Shown here piece after piece: positions 31,899-42,177 of a stretch of DNA of 64,000 bases. Source of the DNA: Chloroflexota bacterium (GTDB lineage: Bacteria > Chloroflexota > UBA11872); the NCBI GenBank assembly GCA_011523785.1, contig WTFW01000063.1:1615-65614 (forward strand), in the 5' to 3' direction. The notes under the pieces are model-generated. The model made no database searches, was not told the origin of the DNA, and saw only the letters and a program-made list of their open reading frames with translations. A program made the translations under genes and the position numbers. Position 1 is the first letter of the stretch, and every line of letters starts with the position of its first letter.

Positions 31899-32237
31899 GT
31901 GCCAGGGGCGCGTGCGCAGCGGATCGGTCGCGTAGCGAGTGATCGGGCCGACAAGACCATCATCGTCGAGGTGGAGTCGATCCGCCGTCATCGGCTGTAT
32001 AAGAAGCCAGTGCGAATTCGGCGCAGATTCATGGCCCACGACCCGGAAAACTCGTGCCGCATCGGCGACGTGGTTCAGATCGAGGAATCGCGGCCAATAA
32101 GCCGGCGGAAGCGCTGGCGATTGATCGAGGTCATTGAAAGAACCCGGCTGACGGATGAAGAACGCCAGGCGGCTTTGGGCGCCGGAGTGGCCGAGGAACA
32201 GTCGGACGACAGTTCCGGGGATTTACAGAACGCGTAA
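31899..32237 (+). CDS. rpsQ: 30S ribosomal protein S17 (acidic C-terminal extension)
   Basis: Motifs DKTIIV, AHD and [18 protein letters not shown]. Confidence 0.97.
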   Translation: MPGARAQRIGRVASDRADKTIIVEVESIRRHRLYKKPVRIRRRFMAHDPENSCRIGDVVQIEESRPISRRKRWRLIEVIERTRLTDEERQAALGAGVAEEQSDDSSGDLQNA

Positions 32238-32242
32238 CCCAC

Positions 32243-32608
32243 ATGATTCAGCAACAGAGCCGGCTCCGAGTCGCCGACAACAGCGGCGCGCGCGAAATCA
32301 TGTGCATCCGCGTGCTGGGCGGATCGTCGCGAAAGTACGCGCGCGTGGGCGACATTATTGTGGGCAGCGTCAAACAAGCGGCGCCCAACAGCGCTGTTCC
32401 GCGAGGATCCGTGGTGCGGGCTGTGGTGGTGCGGGTGAATAAGGAGTACCGGAGGCCCGACGGCTCGCGGATCCGCTTTGACGACAACGCCGCCGTATTG
32501 CTTGAGGGAGAAGTTCCTCGCGGTACGCGCATCTTTGGGCCTGTTGGGCGCGAACTGCGAGACCGTCGGTTTATGCGCATCGTCTCGCTGGCGCCGGAGG
32601 TCTTGTAG
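32243..32608 (+). CDS. rplN: 50S ribosomal protein L14
   Basis: Motifs VADNSGA, FDDNAAV and IVSLAPEVL. Confidence 0.99.
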   Translation: MIQQQSRLRVADNSGAREIMCIRVLGGSSRKYARVGDIIVGSVKQAAPNSAVPRGSVVRAVVVRVNKEYRRPDGSRIRFDDNAAVLLEGEVPRGTRIFGPVGRELRDRRFMRIVSLAPEVL

Positions 32609-32610
32609 CG

Positions 32611-32940
32611 ATGTCGGTTCGACGATTTCGAATCCGCAAAGGCGATACGGTCCAGGTGCTCCAGGGCCGCGACGTTGGGCGGCGAGGCGTGGTGGAGCGC
32701 GTGGTGCCGGCCACGGGACGTGTGGTTGTGGAGGGCGTGAACGTTCGAAAGCGTCACGCGAGGCCGAGGGCCATCGGACAGCCAGCGGGTATCATTGACT
32801 TCAACGCCCCACTTGACGCGTCAAACGTCATGCTGGTGTGCCCCGTCTGCGACCAGCCGGTGCGCGTCGGCTACACGCGGGGCGACGACGGCAGGAAGCG
32901 GCGACGCTGCCGCCGATGCAACGAACAGATTGACGAGTGA
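32611..32940 (+). CDS. rplX: 50S ribosomal protein L24 (with two CxxC pairs)
   Basis: KOW motif IRKGDTVQV..GRD.G..G, VEGVN and SNVMLVCPVC..CRRC. Confidence 0.97.
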   Translation: MSVRRFRIRKGDTVQVLQGRDVGRRGVVERVVPATGRVVVEGVNVRKRHARPRAIGQPAGIIDFNAPLDASNVMLVCPVCDQPVRVGYTRGDDGRKRRRCRRCNEQIDE

Positions 32941-33494
32941 TGGCCCGCCTTCTTGCACGTTTCCGGGATGAAATCCGACCGCAATTGATGCGTGAGTTCG
33001 GGTATGGCAACCCGTTGGCCGTGCCGCAGTTGGACCGCATCATCGTGAATATCGGGCTAGGCGAAGCGCTCGAAAACGATGCGTCGGTGGATCACGCCGT
33101 GCGGGATATTGCGACAATCACGGGCCAGCGCCCGGTTGTGACGCGGGCTCGCAAGAGCGTGGCTGCATTCAAGCTGCGGGCTGGGCAGCGCGTGGGCGTG
33201 AAGGGTACGCTGCGTGGCCCCCGCATGTACGAATTCATGGACCGACTCGTTACCGTTGCGCTGCCACGCATGCGTGACTTTCGCGGTGTTCGGCGGACCT
33301 CCTTCGATGGCCGCGGCAACTACGCGCTGGGACTGACCGAGCAGCTCATTTTTCCGGAAATCGACTACGACCAGATTGATCGGATTCGCGGTTTGCAGGT
33401 GGTAATCGTGACGACCGCGCGAACCGACGCTGAATCCCTACGGCTGCTTGAACTCCTCGGCATGCCGTTCCAACGCCTGGAAGAGGCGGCCTGA
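32940..33494 (+). CDS. rplE: 50S ribosomal protein L5
   Basis: Motifs ITGQRP, ARKSVAAFKLR, LPRMRDFRG, FDGRGNY and IFPEI. Confidence 0.99.
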   Translation: MARLLARFRDEIRPQLMREFGYGNPLAVPQLDRIIVNIGLGEALENDASVDHAVRDIATITGQRPVVTRARKSVAAFKLRAGQRVGVKGTLRGPRMYEFMDRLVTVALPRMRDFRGVRRTSFDGRGNYALGLTEQLIFPEIDYDQIDRIRGLQVVIVTTARTDAESLRLLELLGMPFQRLEEAA

Positions 33495-33503
33495 GGTTCG
33501 CAT

Positions 33504-33743
33504 ATGGCTCGAAAGGCGAAGATTGAAAAGTGGAAGCGCGAACGCGAGGCGTGGCTGGACCCCGAGTTTGAGTCCAAGTCCATTCGCGGTCGGAAACTGC
33601 GTTTCAAAGTGCGCTATCGCAACCGGTGCCGGCTCTGCGGGCGTCCGCGCGCGCACATACGGCGATTCGGCATCTGCCGAATCTGCTTCCGGGAACTCGC
33701 CGTGAAGGGGCACATCCCGGGCGTGACGAAAGCCAGTTGGTGA
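33504..33743 (+). CDS. rpsN: 30S ribosomal protein S14, Zn-binding type, with insertion
   Basis: [33 protein letters not shown]. Confidence 0.97.
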   Translation: MARKAKIEKWKREREAWLDPEFESKSIRGRKLRFKVRYRNRCRLCGRPRAHIRRFGICRICFRELAVKGHIPGVTKASW

Positions 33744-33750
33744 GCCGACG

Positions 33751-34140
33751 ATGACGGACCCAATTGCGGACATGCTGACGCGGCTGCGGAATGCTGTCGC
33801 GGCGCGTCACACCAAGGTCCGCATCCCGCATTCAAAGACCAAAGCCCGAATCGCGGCCCTGCTTGCCGACGAAGGCTTTGTCGGGTCCATTGAGACTCTC
33901 CACGAGGGCCATCGCGCCTGGTTGGAAGTGACGCTGCGATACCAAAACGGCACGCCCACGTTTGGCGGCGCCAAGCGCGTCAGCCGTCCCGGTCTGCGTA
34001 TCCATACGCGGGCGCGCGAGATTCCGCGGGTCATGGGCGGTATTGGTACTGCTGTTGTCTCAACCTCCCAGGGCATCATGTCCGGTCGTGAAGCTGCCAA
34101 ACGTCGCCTGGGCGGCGAAGTCATCTGTTTCGTCTGGTAG
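33751..34140 (+). CDS. rpsH: 30S ribosomal protein S8
   Basis: Motifs MTDPIADMLTRLRN, VSRPGLR and STSQG. Confidence 0.99.
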   Translation: MTDPIADMLTRLRNAVAARHTKVRIPHSKTKARIAALLADEGFVGSIETLHEGHRAWLEVTLRYQNGTPTFGGAKRVSRPGLRIHTRAREIPRVMGGIGTAVVSTSQGIMSGREAAKRRLGGEVICFVW

Positions 34141-34144
34141 GCCC

Positions 34145-34696
34145 ATGTCCCGCATTGGTATGACCCCCATCGATGTTCCTGACGGAGTGACCGTCAGCTT
34201 TGACACGGAAAATGTCGTCACGGTAACGGGGCCCAAGGGCGAGTTGGTCCAGGCGCTACCGCCCATGATTACGTTTACGCGCGAGAACGGACGTGTGGTG
34301 GCCAGCCGTCCCACCGACGAGCACCGGATCCGCGCCCTGCATGGGCTGGCTCGCCAGTTGGTGGCCAACATGATCCTCGGCGTCACCCAGGGCTATGAAA
34401 AACGGCTTGAGATCCAGGGCACCGGATATCGGGTGCAACTCCAGGGCGCCACGCTCGACTTGCAGCTGGGGTTTACCCATCCGCAACGACGCCGGGCGCC
34501 TGACGGCATCGAGTTCGAGGTGCCCGACCCGACCCATATCATCATTCGAGGTATCGACAAGCAAGCGGTGGGCCAGATTGCGGCGGAGATTCGAGCAATC
34601 CGCCCCGCCGACCCCTACAAGGGTCATGGTCTCCGCTACCAGGGCGAAGTTGTACGGCGAAAGCCCGGCAAGACCGCTGCAACGGTCGTCGCATAG
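34145..34696 (+). CDS. rplF: 50S ribosomal protein L6
   Basis: ATG 34145 giving MSRIG. Motifs GPKGEL, GIDKQAVGQIAAEIR and PYKG. Confidence 0.98.
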   Translation: MSRIGMTPIDVPDGVTVSFDTENVVTVTGPKGELVQALPPMITFTRENGRVVASRPTDEHRIRALHGLARQLVANMILGVTQGYEKRLEIQGTGYRVQLQGATLDLQLGFTHPQRRRAPDGIEFEVPDPTHIIIRGIDKQAVGQIAAEIRAIRPADPYKGHGLRYQGEVVRRKPGKTAATVVA

Positions 34697-34708
34697 GTGG
34701 ATTGACGA

Positions 34709-35062
34709 ATGGCAGCTGAGACTCGACGAGCGGCACGCATACGGAGGCACCGCCGCATTCGCCAGCGGATCGCCGGTCGTCCCGAGCGACCGCGGCTCGC
34801 GGTGTTTCGTAGCCTCAAGCACACCTACGCCCAGGTCATAGACGACGTGGCCGGCCATACGGTGGCCGCCGCCTCGTCGTGTGAGTCCTCAGCGGAGGGC
34901 GCCACCAAGCTCGAGCGCGCAGCGGACGTTGGTGCTCGCCTGGCGAAGCGCGCGGAGGAACTTGACATAAGCGCCGTCGTGTTCGATCGCGGCGGCCATC
35001 GCTACCACGGGCGCGTCAAGGCGTTGGCCGACGCCCTGCGCGCTGGGGGCATTGCACTATGA
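34709..35062 (+). CDS. rplR: 50S ribosomal protein L18
   Basis: Motifs [16 protein letters not shown] and [16 protein letters not shown]. Confidence 0.98.
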   Translation: MAAETRRAARIRRHRRIRQRIAGRPERPRLAVFRSLKHTYAQVIDDVAGHTVAAASSCESSAEGATKLERAADVGARLAKRAEELDISAVVFDRGGHRYHGRVKALADALRAGGIAL

Positions 35063-35604
35063 CGATGGATTCCAGGCTTGCCCGAGGCGGCCACGACGCA
35101 GCCCGAGATTCCGGCGACCTTCATCGTCTGGACGACCGCGTCGTGCGCATCAAGCGCGTGGCCAAGGTTGTTAAGGGCGGTCGCCGATTCGGATTTAATG
35201 CAATTGTCGTGGTTGGCGACCGTCGCGGGCATGTTGGTGTGGGGATCGGTCGGGCCAACGAGGTCGTGGCGGCCATTCGCAAGGGTCAGGAGCGCGCTCG
35301 GCGCTCCCTGATTGAGATTCCCCTGACCGAAGATGGCTCAATTCCACACTATGTCGAAGAGAGCTATCGGGCTTCCAAGGTCGTCCTTCGCCCCGCCCGG
35401 CCCGGCACGGGAGTCATTGCTGGCGGCGCGGTACGGGCCGTGCTTGAACTTGCCGGCGTTCGCAATCTCCTCACCAAGATCATTGGCTCTACCAATGCGG
35501 TGAACGTGGTGCGCGCCACGGTGAATGGCCTGGCGAGCCTTCAGATACCTGAAGAGACCGTGGCCCGCCGCCGACAGGCCGTCGGGGCATCCTCTGATGA
35601 CTGA
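35059..35604 (+). CDS. rpsE: 30S ribosomal protein S5
   Basis: Motifs [12 protein letters not shown] and [19 protein letters not shown]. Confidence 0.98.
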   Translation: MTMDSRLARGGHDAARDSGDLHRLDDRVVRIKRVAKVVKGGRRFGFNAIVVVGDRRGHVGVGIGRANEVVAAIRKGQERARRSLIEIPLTEDGSIPHYVEESYRASKVVLRPARPGTGVIAGGAVRAVLELAGVRNLLTKIIGSTNAVNVVRATVNGLASLQIPEETVARRRQAVGASSDD

Positions 35605-35797
35605 ACTGCGCCTGCGTCAGGTGCGGAGCTCCATCGGATCCCGGGACTCGCAGCGTGACACGCTCAGGGCTCTGGGTCTGGGTGCACTTGGCCAAACGTC
35701 GTCTCGGCCCGACACGGCGGACGTTCGGGCCATGGTCAAGGTCGTGCAACACCTCGTTGAGGTCGAGTCCGACATCCCGAACGGCGACCAGGCATGA
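35597..35797 (+). CDS. rpmD: 50S ribosomal protein L30
   Basis: ATG 35597. Motifs QVRSSIG, TLRALGL and VQHLV; position between S5 and L15. Confidence 0.93.
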   Translation: MTELRLRQVRSSIGSRDSQRDTLRALGLGALGQTSSRPDTADVRAMVKVVQHLVEVESDIPNGDQA

Positions 35798-36240
35798 AAC
35801 CGCATCAAATCACGGCAGTTGCGCCACCGCGCAAGCGACGTCGTCGCGTTGGCCGCGGCGAGGGATCCGGGAAGGGCAAGACGACCGGCCGCGGCACCCT
35901 GGGTCAGGGCGCTCGAAGCGGTGGCAACGCGTACCCCGGATTCGAAGGCGGGCAGACGCGCCTGCTCATGCGTTTCCCCAATCGTCGCGGCTTCACCAAC
36001 CACCGATTCAGGCGCGACTTCCAGCCGGTCAACGTGAGTGCGCTGAACGTCTTTCCAGATGGATCGGTGGTTGGGCCTGAGGAACTCAAGGGCAAGGGGC
36101 TCATTGAGCCCGGCTTGTTCAAGATCCTCGGCGACGGTGACCTGGAACACGCCTTGACGGTACGCGCACCGAAGTTTTCGGCGACGGCCAAGGCGAAGAT
36201 CGAAAGCGCCGGCGGTTCCGTCGAGGAGTTGAGCGAGTGA
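35794..36240 (+). CDS. rplO: 50S ribosomal protein L15
   Basis: Motifs RVGRGEGSGKGKT, FEGGQT, KILGDG and KIESAGG. Confidence 0.98.
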   Translation: MKPHQITAVAPPRKRRRRVGRGEGSGKGKTTGRGTLGQGARSGGNAYPGFEGGQTRLLMRFPNRRGFTNHRFRRDFQPVNVSALNVFPDGSVVGPEELKGKGLIEPGLFKILGDGDLEHALTVRAPKFSATAKAKIESAGGSVEELSE

Positions 36241-37517
36241 TCGAGACGGCCGTCGCGGCTTTCCAGCTGCCCGACGTTCGTCGCAAGATTCTCTTCACAA
36301 TCGGCCTTCTGATCGTATTCAGGGCGGTTGCGCACATCCCGCTGCCCGGTGTGAACACGGCACTGCTGGCCGACTTCTTCGCCGGCAACCAGTTGCTGGG
36401 GTTCATGAACCTCCTGTCCGGCGGGGCGCTGGAGAACTTTTCGGTCGTCGCGTTGGGTGTGTATCCCTACGTCACCGCCAACATCGCTTCAACGGTCCTG
36501 GTTCCGTTGATCCCGCCGTTGCAGGAACTCTCGCGGGAAGGTGAATCCGGTCGACGCAAGATCGCGCAGTGGACCCGCCTGGCCACGATTCCTTTCGCCA
36601 TGCTGCAGGGGTTTGGCCAGATTCAGATCCTGCGCTCAGCCCAGCAAGGTCTGTTGTCGCCAACGCTGGGCCCGTTCGACATCGCTGTGATGCTGATCGT
36701 AATGACCGCGGGGACGATGTTTCTGCTTTGGATCGGCGAGTTGATCACCGAGAACGGCATTGGGAACGGGGTCTCGATCATCATCTTTGCCGGCATCGTG
36801 GCCGGTGCTCCCGCGGCGTTAGGCCAGTCGCTGTTCGCTGGCCAGAACATCGGCGGCTTCATTGCCGTCGTGATCATTGGCCTCATCATGATCGCGGCCA
36901 TCGTGTTCGTGCAGGAAGCTCAGCGTCGAATTCCGGTGCACTACGCCAAGCGCATCCGGGGAACCCGCATGTACGGCGGCCAGAGCACGCACATCCCGCT
37001 CAAGGTCAACTCGGCGGGCATGATTCCCCTGATTTTTGCCTTTTCGCTGATGCTGCTTCCAGCCACGGTTGCCAGCTACTTCGAGACATCCGAAGTATCG
37101 TGGTTGGCCAATGCGGCCGGCGCCATCGCGATCACCCTCAGCCCTGGCAACGGCATCTACTGGGTCTTCACGTTTTTGCTTGTGATCGTATTTACGTATG
37201 TGTACACGCTGGTCGTCTTTCAGCAGCAAAACCTGGCGGAGAACCTGCAGAAGAACGGCGGCTTTATCCCGGGTATCCGTCCCGGCCGTCCCACGCACCA
37301 GTACCTGACGGGAGTCGTCAACCGCATCACGCTGGCTGGCGCGGTATTCCTGGGAATCATCGCCGTCGTGCCCTTCGTGGCCCAGACCGTAACCGGTGCC
37401 GACGCGGTGGCCATCAGCAGCACGGGGATGCTGATCGTCGTGGGCGTCGTGCTGGACACCATGCGCCAGCTTGAATCGCAGTTGATGATGCGCAACTACG
37501 AAGGGTTCATTCGGTAG
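36237..37517 (+). CDS. secY: Preprotein translocase subunit SecY
   Basis: Ten TM segments; motifs ALGVYPYVTA, WIGELITENGIGNG, PLKVNSAGMIPLIFA and GFIPGIRPG. Confidence 0.99.
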   Translation: MIETAVAAFQLPDVRRKILFTIGLLIVFRAVAHIPLPGVNTALLADFFAGNQLLGFMNLLSGGALENFSVVALGVYPYVTANIASTVLVPLIPPLQELSREGESGRRKIAQWTRLATIPFAMLQGFGQIQILRSAQQGLLSPTLGPFDIAVMLIVMTAGTMFLLWIGELITENGIGNGVSIIIFAGIVAGAPAALGQSLFAGQNIGGFIAVVIIGLIMIAAIVFVQEAQRRIPVHYAKRIRGTRMYGGQSTHIPLKVNSAGMIPLIFAFSLMLLPATVASYFETSEVSWLANAAGAIAITLSPGNGIYWVFTFLLVIVFTYVYTLVVFQQQNLAENLQKNGGFIPGIRPGRPTHQYLTGVVNRITLAGAVFLGIIAVVPFVAQTVTGADAVAISSTGMLIVVGVVLDTMRQLESQLMMRNYEGFIR

Positions 37518-37521
37518 GCGC

Positions 37522-38094
37522 ATGGGCGAGCGTCCGGTGATCGTCGTCCTGCTTGGCCCCCCTGGTGCTGGCAAGGGCACGCAGGGTGAGCGCCTGGCCT
37601 GCCGCATGGCGCTGGATCACGTGTCCACCGGCGATCTCTTTCGCGATGCGGTTACCGCCGGATCGCCGGCGGGGCTGCGCGCCGAGTCCTATCTGCTCAG
37701 CGGCCAACTCGTACCCGATCAGGTCGTACTGCAGGTGATCGAGGAGTACATGGGCGACGCTCGGGGACGTGATATCTGCTTTGATGGCTTCCCGCGAACG
37801 CGGAACCAGGCCGAAAAGCTGGATGACCTGCTCAGGCAGTTCAACCTCTCCGTAACCGCCGCGGTCTACATCGACGTGCCCGACCACATCGCGCTACGGC
37901 GTCTGCTCGACCGCGGTCGGGCGGACGATACCGAAGAAACAGCCCGCCACCGCTTGCAGGTCTACCACCAGGACACCGAGCCGCTCATCGACCACTACCG
38001 TGAGGCTGGCGCCCTGATTGAAGTGAACGGCATCGGCGATGTTGAATCCGTCGCGCGTCGCGTCTGGACCACCTTGAAGGCCGTAATCAGGTGA
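37522..38094 (+). CDS. adk: Adenylate kinase (short-LID type)
   Basis: Motifs GPPGAGKGTQ, STGDLFR, DGFPR and RGRADD; no long LID domain. Confidence 0.96.
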   Translation: MGERPVIVVLLGPPGAGKGTQGERLACRMALDHVSTGDLFRDAVTAGSPAGLRAESYLLSGQLVPDQVVLQVIEEYMGDARGRDICFDGFPRTRNQAEKLDDLLRQFNLSVTAAVYIDVPDHIALRRLLDRGRADDTEETARHRLQVYHQDTEPLIDHYREAGALIEVNGIGDVESVARRVWTTLKAVIR

Positions 38095-38873
38095 TGTCCG
38101 GTTCGATCAAACCGAAGACCCCTGAGCAGGTCGAAGCCATGGCCGCCTCAGGCCGCGTCCTGGCCGGCGCGCTGAACGAGATCGAGACGGCGGTCTGTCC
38201 CGGCGTAACCACCGGCGAACTCGACGCGATGGCCGAGACCTTCATCCGCGACCACGGCGGCATCCCGTCGTTTCAAGGCGTGCCCGCGGCCGACCCCGGC
38301 GTCAAGCCCTTTCCCGGCGCAATCTGCGCGTCGATCAATGACGCAATCGTGCACGGAATTCCGGGTAGCGCGAAGCTGCGGGAAGGCGATATCATTAGTC
38401 TGGACTGTGGAGTGATTCTCGACGGCTGGCACTCCGACTCAGCGCGTACGCTCGCGGTTGGCGAGATTGACCCTGACGCGAGCCGCCTGCTTGATGTAAC
38501 TCGCGCCGCACTCGCTGAAGCTATCCGTGCCTCCGTCGCGGGTGGCCACATCGGAGATATCGGAGCAGCCGTGCAGAAGCTGGTCGAGGAGGCCGGACTA
38601 ACCATCGTGAGACGATTCGTCGGACACGGAATCGGGCGCACCATGCACGAGTCGCCCCAGGTGCCCAACTTCGGGCGTCCTGGCAGTGGGCCAGAGTTGG
38701 TTCCGGGAATCACCCTCGCTATCGAGCCGATGGTCAACATCGGGTCCGCCGGCGTGGCCTTCGATTCCGACGGCTGGACAGCGCGCACGGACGATGGCTC
38801 GCTGTCCGCCCACTTCGAACACACCGTGGCAATCACCAACGCAGGACCGCGCGTCCTTACGGAAGCTGTCTGA
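38094..38873 (+). CDS. map: Methionine aminopeptidase type I
   Basis: Motifs ICASINDAIVHGIP, GWHSDSART, GHGIG..MHE, AIEPM and SAHFEHT. Confidence 0.97.
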   Translation: MSGSIKPKTPEQVEAMAASGRVLAGALNEIETAVCPGVTTGELDAMAETFIRDHGGIPSFQGVPAADPGVKPFPGAICASINDAIVHGIPGSAKLREGDIISLDCGVILDGWHSDSARTLAVGEIDPDASRLLDVTRAALAEAIRASVAGGHIGDIGAAVQKLVEEAGLTIVRRFVGHGIGRTMHESPQVPNFGRPGSGPELVPGITLAIEPMVNIGSAGVAFDSDGWTARTDDGSLSAHFEHTVAITNAGPRVLTEAV

Positions 38874-38878
38874 GGTTC

Positions 38879-39226
38879 GTGGTGCCGCCACCCAGAAACC
38901 AGAGAAACGAAGCGCCGGCCCCGGCCGACGAGTCGTCCAGCAAGACTCCCGTCATCGAAATCGAAGGCGAGGTCGTCGACTCACTGCCGAACACGATGTT
39001 CCTCGTCAAGCCAATTGGGCCAAATGGTCAGCCGCTTCGCATTCAGACGGGGGACGGCGACGATGACGAGCCGCAGGCCATCCTCGCCCATTTGGCCGGC
39101 AAGATGCGCCTACGCTTTATTCGCGTAGGCGTTGGCGACCGTGTACGTATGCAACTCTCACCCTACGACCTTTCGCGCGGGCGAATTACCTGGCGGCTGC
39201 GCGCCGATCAGCGAGTGGAGCGGTAG
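38879..39226 (+). CDS. infA: Translation initiation factor IF-1 (extended, with insertion)
   Basis: Motifs [24 protein letters not shown] and [17 protein letters not shown]. Confidence 0.95.
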   Translation: MVPPPRNQRNEAPAPADESSSKTPVIEIEGEVVDSLPNTMFLVKPIGPNGQPLRIQTGDGDDDEPQAILAHLAGKMRLRFIRVGVGDRVRMQLSPYDLSRGRITWRLRADQRVER

Positions 39227-39231
39227 CGACT

Positions 39232-39345
39232 ATGCGAGTCTCGGCTTCCGTCAAACCACGGTGCGACCGCTGCCGCGTGATCCGGCGGCATGGGCGTGTC
39301 ATGGTCATTTGCTCAAACCCGAAACACAAGCAGCGACAAGGCTAA
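39232..39345 (+). CDS. rpmJ: 50S ribosomal protein L36 (Zn-binding type; below the ORF-track cutoff)
   Basis: Manual translation [37 protein letters not shown]. Confidence 0.98.
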   Translation: MRVSASVKPRCDRCRVIRRHGRVMVICSNPKHKQRQG

Positions 39346-39357
39346 GGACGGGGACAC

Positions 39358-39738
39358 ATGGCTCGTATTGCCGGCGTTGACATTCCACGCCACAAGCCAG
39401 TGGTGATTGCACTGACCCACATCTACGGCATCGGACGTACCACCAGTGCCGAGATTGTCCGACAGGCCGACGTCAATCCGCAGGCTCGCGTCAGTGACCT
39501 GACCGAGGCGGAGCTCGGGCGGGTCCGGGCCTTGATCGGTCGCGAGCGGGTTGAGGGGGATTTGCGCCGCGTGGTGCAGACCAGCATCGCCCGACTGCGT
39601 GAGATCGGTTCCTACCGGGGGCTGCGACACCGAATCGGGCTCCCAACGCGCGGACAGCGCACGCGAACCAACGCCCGCACGCGCAAAGGGCCGCGCCGGA
39701 CGGTCGGTATTCGCAAGCGCGTAATCAAGCGAGGCTAG
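39358..39738 (+). CDS. rpsM: 30S ribosomal protein S13
   Basis: Motifs [21 protein letters not shown] and [14 protein letters not shown]. Confidence 0.99.
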   Translation: MARIAGVDIPRHKPVVIALTHIYGIGRTTSAEIVRQADVNPQARVSDLTEAELGRVRALIGRERVEGDLRRVVQTSIARLREIGSYRGLRHRIGLPTRGQRTRTNARTRKGPRRTVGIRKRVIKRG

Positions 39739-39742
39739 ACGT

Positions 39743-40132
39743 ATGGCCGAACGTTCAAGTCGATCCCGGCGTCGCAGTCGGGCGCCCGTGCCACGAGGCG
39801 CCGCGCACATCCACGCCTCCTTCAACAACACCATCATCACCATTACCGACCCCATGGGCGATACCGTCGCGTCGGCGAGTGGCGGAACCATCGGCGCACG
39901 TGGATCGCGCAAGAGCACGCCGTTCGCCGCGCAACAGGCTGCGGAGCAAGCCGCGCAGCGCGCCATGGACGCGGGAATGCGCGACATCAACGTGTTTGTC
40001 AAAGGTCCAGGTTCAGGTCGTGACGCCGCCGTGCGTGCGTTACAGGCCGTTGGGCTCAATGTCTCGAGCATCTCCGACGTCACGCCTATCCCTCATAACG
40101 GTCCGCGGCCGCCCAAGCGCCGGCGCGTGTAG
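39743..40132 (+). CDS. rpsK: 30S ribosomal protein S11
   Basis: Motifs [24 protein letters not shown] and DVTPIPHNG. Confidence 0.99.
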   Translation: MAERSSRSRRRSRAPVPRGAAHIHASFNNTIITITDPMGDTVASASGGTIGARGSRKSTPFAAQQAAEQAAQRAMDAGMRDINVFVKGPGSGRDAAVRALQAVGLNVSSISDVTPIPHNGPRPPKRRRV

Positions 40133-40162
40133 GCCGCAACCAGACCAGGGAGACGAATTCGA

Positions 40163-40795
40163 ATGGCCCGCTATACAGGACCTGTTTGCCGCCTCTGCCG
40201 GCGCGAGGGTGAGAAGCTCTTTCTCAAGGGCGACCGTTGCCACACACCCAAGTGCGCCATCGAGCGCCGCGGTGATCGCGGCGGTCCGGGAGCCCGCGGT
40301 TTCAGCCGGAGGCGGCCGACGGAGTACGCCATCCAGTTGCGCGAAAAGCAGAAGGCTCGACGGATCTACGGAGTGCTCGAACGCCAGTTTCGTCGGCACT
40401 ATCGGATGGCCGGCAAACAGAGTGGGCCGCGCGGCGAGCGCCTGCTGCAGTTGCTGGAGCTACGAGCGGACAGCGTCGTATATCGGATGGGCTTCGGGCT
40501 GAGCCGCGCGCACGCGCGTCAACTCATTCAGCATGGCCACATCGAATTGAACAGCCGCAAGCACGACATCCCGTCGGCTGTTCTGGGCGTCGGCGACAGA
40601 GTTCGGCTGCGCCAGAAGAGCCGCAACATCGACACTGTCAAGAACGCAATGGACCGTGCCGAAGCGCTGGGCCGGCCAGCGTGGCTTTCGGTAGATCCCG
40701 AGTCGTTCGAAGGCACCATTAACGCGATCCCGGATCGCAACCAGATCGACGCGACACTCAACGAGCAATTGATCGTCGAGTTCTACTCGCGCTAA
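40163..40795 (+). CDS. rpsD: 30S ribosomal protein S4
   Basis: Motifs MARYTGPVCRLCRREG, LREKQK, ARQLIQHGH and LIVEFYSR. Confidence 0.99.
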   Translation: MARYTGPVCRLCRREGEKLFLKGDRCHTPKCAIERRGDRGGPGARGFSRRRPTEYAIQLREKQKARRIYGVLERQFRRHYRMAGKQSGPRGERLLQLLELRADSVVYRMGFGLSRAHARQLIQHGHIELNSRKHDIPSAVLGVGDRVRLRQKSRNIDTVKNAMDRAEALGRPAWLSVDPESFEGTINAIPDRNQIDATLNEQLIVEFYSR

Positions 40796-40843
40796 TTCAT
40801 GCGCGACAGTCCGTGGAAGCGGACAGGAAGGTAAGGACCAGCG

Positions 40844-41821
40844 GTGTTTCTTGGACCCGTTGAATCAGCTCAGGCCGAAGCCGACATCCAGCCGACCGTG
40901 CAGATGGTCGAGGCTGGCGATGACTTCGCGCATTTTCATATCGAGCCGCTGCGCCGCGGATTCGCGCACACGCTAGGCAACCCCTTGCGCCGCGTGCTGC
41001 TCTCGGCCCTGCCGGGCGCGGCCATCGCCACCGCTCGCGTAGACAGCGCCTTGCATGAGTTCAGCACCCTGGATTTCATGCGCGAAGACCTTGTTGAGTT
41101 TCTTCTCAACGTCAAAGGCGTTCGGCTTAGATCGCACGACGCCGATTCCGCCATTCTCTATTTGGAGGCTGAAGGTCCCACCGAGGTCACCGCCGGTGAC
41201 CTTGAGCTTCCAAGCGGTGTCGAAATCGTAAACGCCGAACATCATCTGGCCTCCCTTACGGACGCTGGATTCCTGCGGGCGGAGTTTTCTGTCGAGACGG
41301 GCGCTGGATATGTCGGCAGCGAGATGCGCGGCGATCTGCCGATCGGCGTCATTCCGCTCGACATGGTGTTTAGTCCGGTCACCAAGGTCGAATACCACGT
41401 GGAACCGGCGCGCGTCGGGCGCGAGTCCGAGTTCGATCGGCTGGTGCTCAAGATCTGGACCGACGGTGTCATGAGCCCGGCGGATGCCCTACGCGGTGCG
41501 GCGCAGGAGCTCATTGAGTCATTTCAACTCATCACGGGCGTTGACGAAACCATGGACGAGGTGCCGTCCGCGTTCATACCGCCGATGCCGGAAGCCGAAG
41601 GCGATCCGTTGGAAGACCTGAAGCTCTCGAACCGAGCCTTGAACAGTCTCAAGCGGCATGAACTGGAGACAGTCCAGGAGCTTATTGGGATGTCCGAGAA
41701 TGACCTCTATGAGCTGCGTGGCATGGGCGAGCGGTTGGTCAACGAGATTCGCGAGGCCCTGGCATTGCGCGGTCTTGCGCTGGCCGATAACTCGTCGGCG
41801 CCGGACGAGGGCCAGGAGTAG
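40844..41821 (+). CDS. rpoA: DNA-directed RNA polymerase alpha subunit
   Basis: Motifs [26 protein letters not shown] and IWTDG, plus an alpha-CTD. Confidence 0.98.
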   Translation: MFLGPVESAQAEADIQPTVQMVEAGDDFAHFHIEPLRRGFAHTLGNPLRRVLLSALPGAAIATARVDSALHEFSTLDFMREDLVEFLLNVKGVRLRSHDADSAILYLEAEGPTEVTAGDLELPSGVEIVNAEHHLASLTDAGFLRAEFSVETGAGYVGSEMRGDLPIGVIPLDMVFSPVTKVEYHVEPARVGRESEFDRLVLKIWTDGVMSPADALRGAAQELIESFQLITGVDETMDEVPSAFIPPMPEAEGDPLEDLKLSNRALNSLKRHELETVQELIGMSENDLYELRGMGERLVNEIREALALRGLALADNSSAPDEGQE

Positions 41822-41826
41822 GTCAG

Positions 41827-42177
41827 ATGCGGCATCGCCGACGCGGACGCCATCTTGGCCGCAACCCTTCGCAGCGCCGGGCGCTCAAGCGCAGTCTCGT
41901 GAGATCACTGATTCTGCACAGTCAGATCGACACCACGCTGGCGCGGGCCAAGGAGATTCGTCCAGACGTTGATCGCCTGATCACCCTGGCGAAGCGCGGC
42001 GATCTCCATGCCCGGCGACAGGCAATTGCTCGGATCCCGGACCCGGAGGCAATTGATCGGCTGTTTGAAGATCTGGCCGATCAGTACGCCGATCGACCCG
42101 GCGGCTATACGCGAATTCGACGTCTTGGTGTCCGCCTCGGCGACGGCGCGCCGCTGGCGCGCATGGAGCTGGTGTGA
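41827..42177 (+). CDS. rplQ: 50S ribosomal protein L17
   Basis: Motifs [21 protein letters not shown] and GDGA. Confidence 0.98.
   Translation: MRHRRRGRHLGRNPSQRRALKRSLVRSLILHSQIDTTLARAKEIRPDVDRLITLAKRGDLHARRQAIARIPDPEAIDRLFEDLADQYADRPGGYTRIRRLGVRLGDGAPLARMELV

Noticed and set aside
32830..32925. Zn-finger-like CxxC pairs in L24 as a novelty
   Set aside because: Cys-containing L24 variants are common in several phyla.
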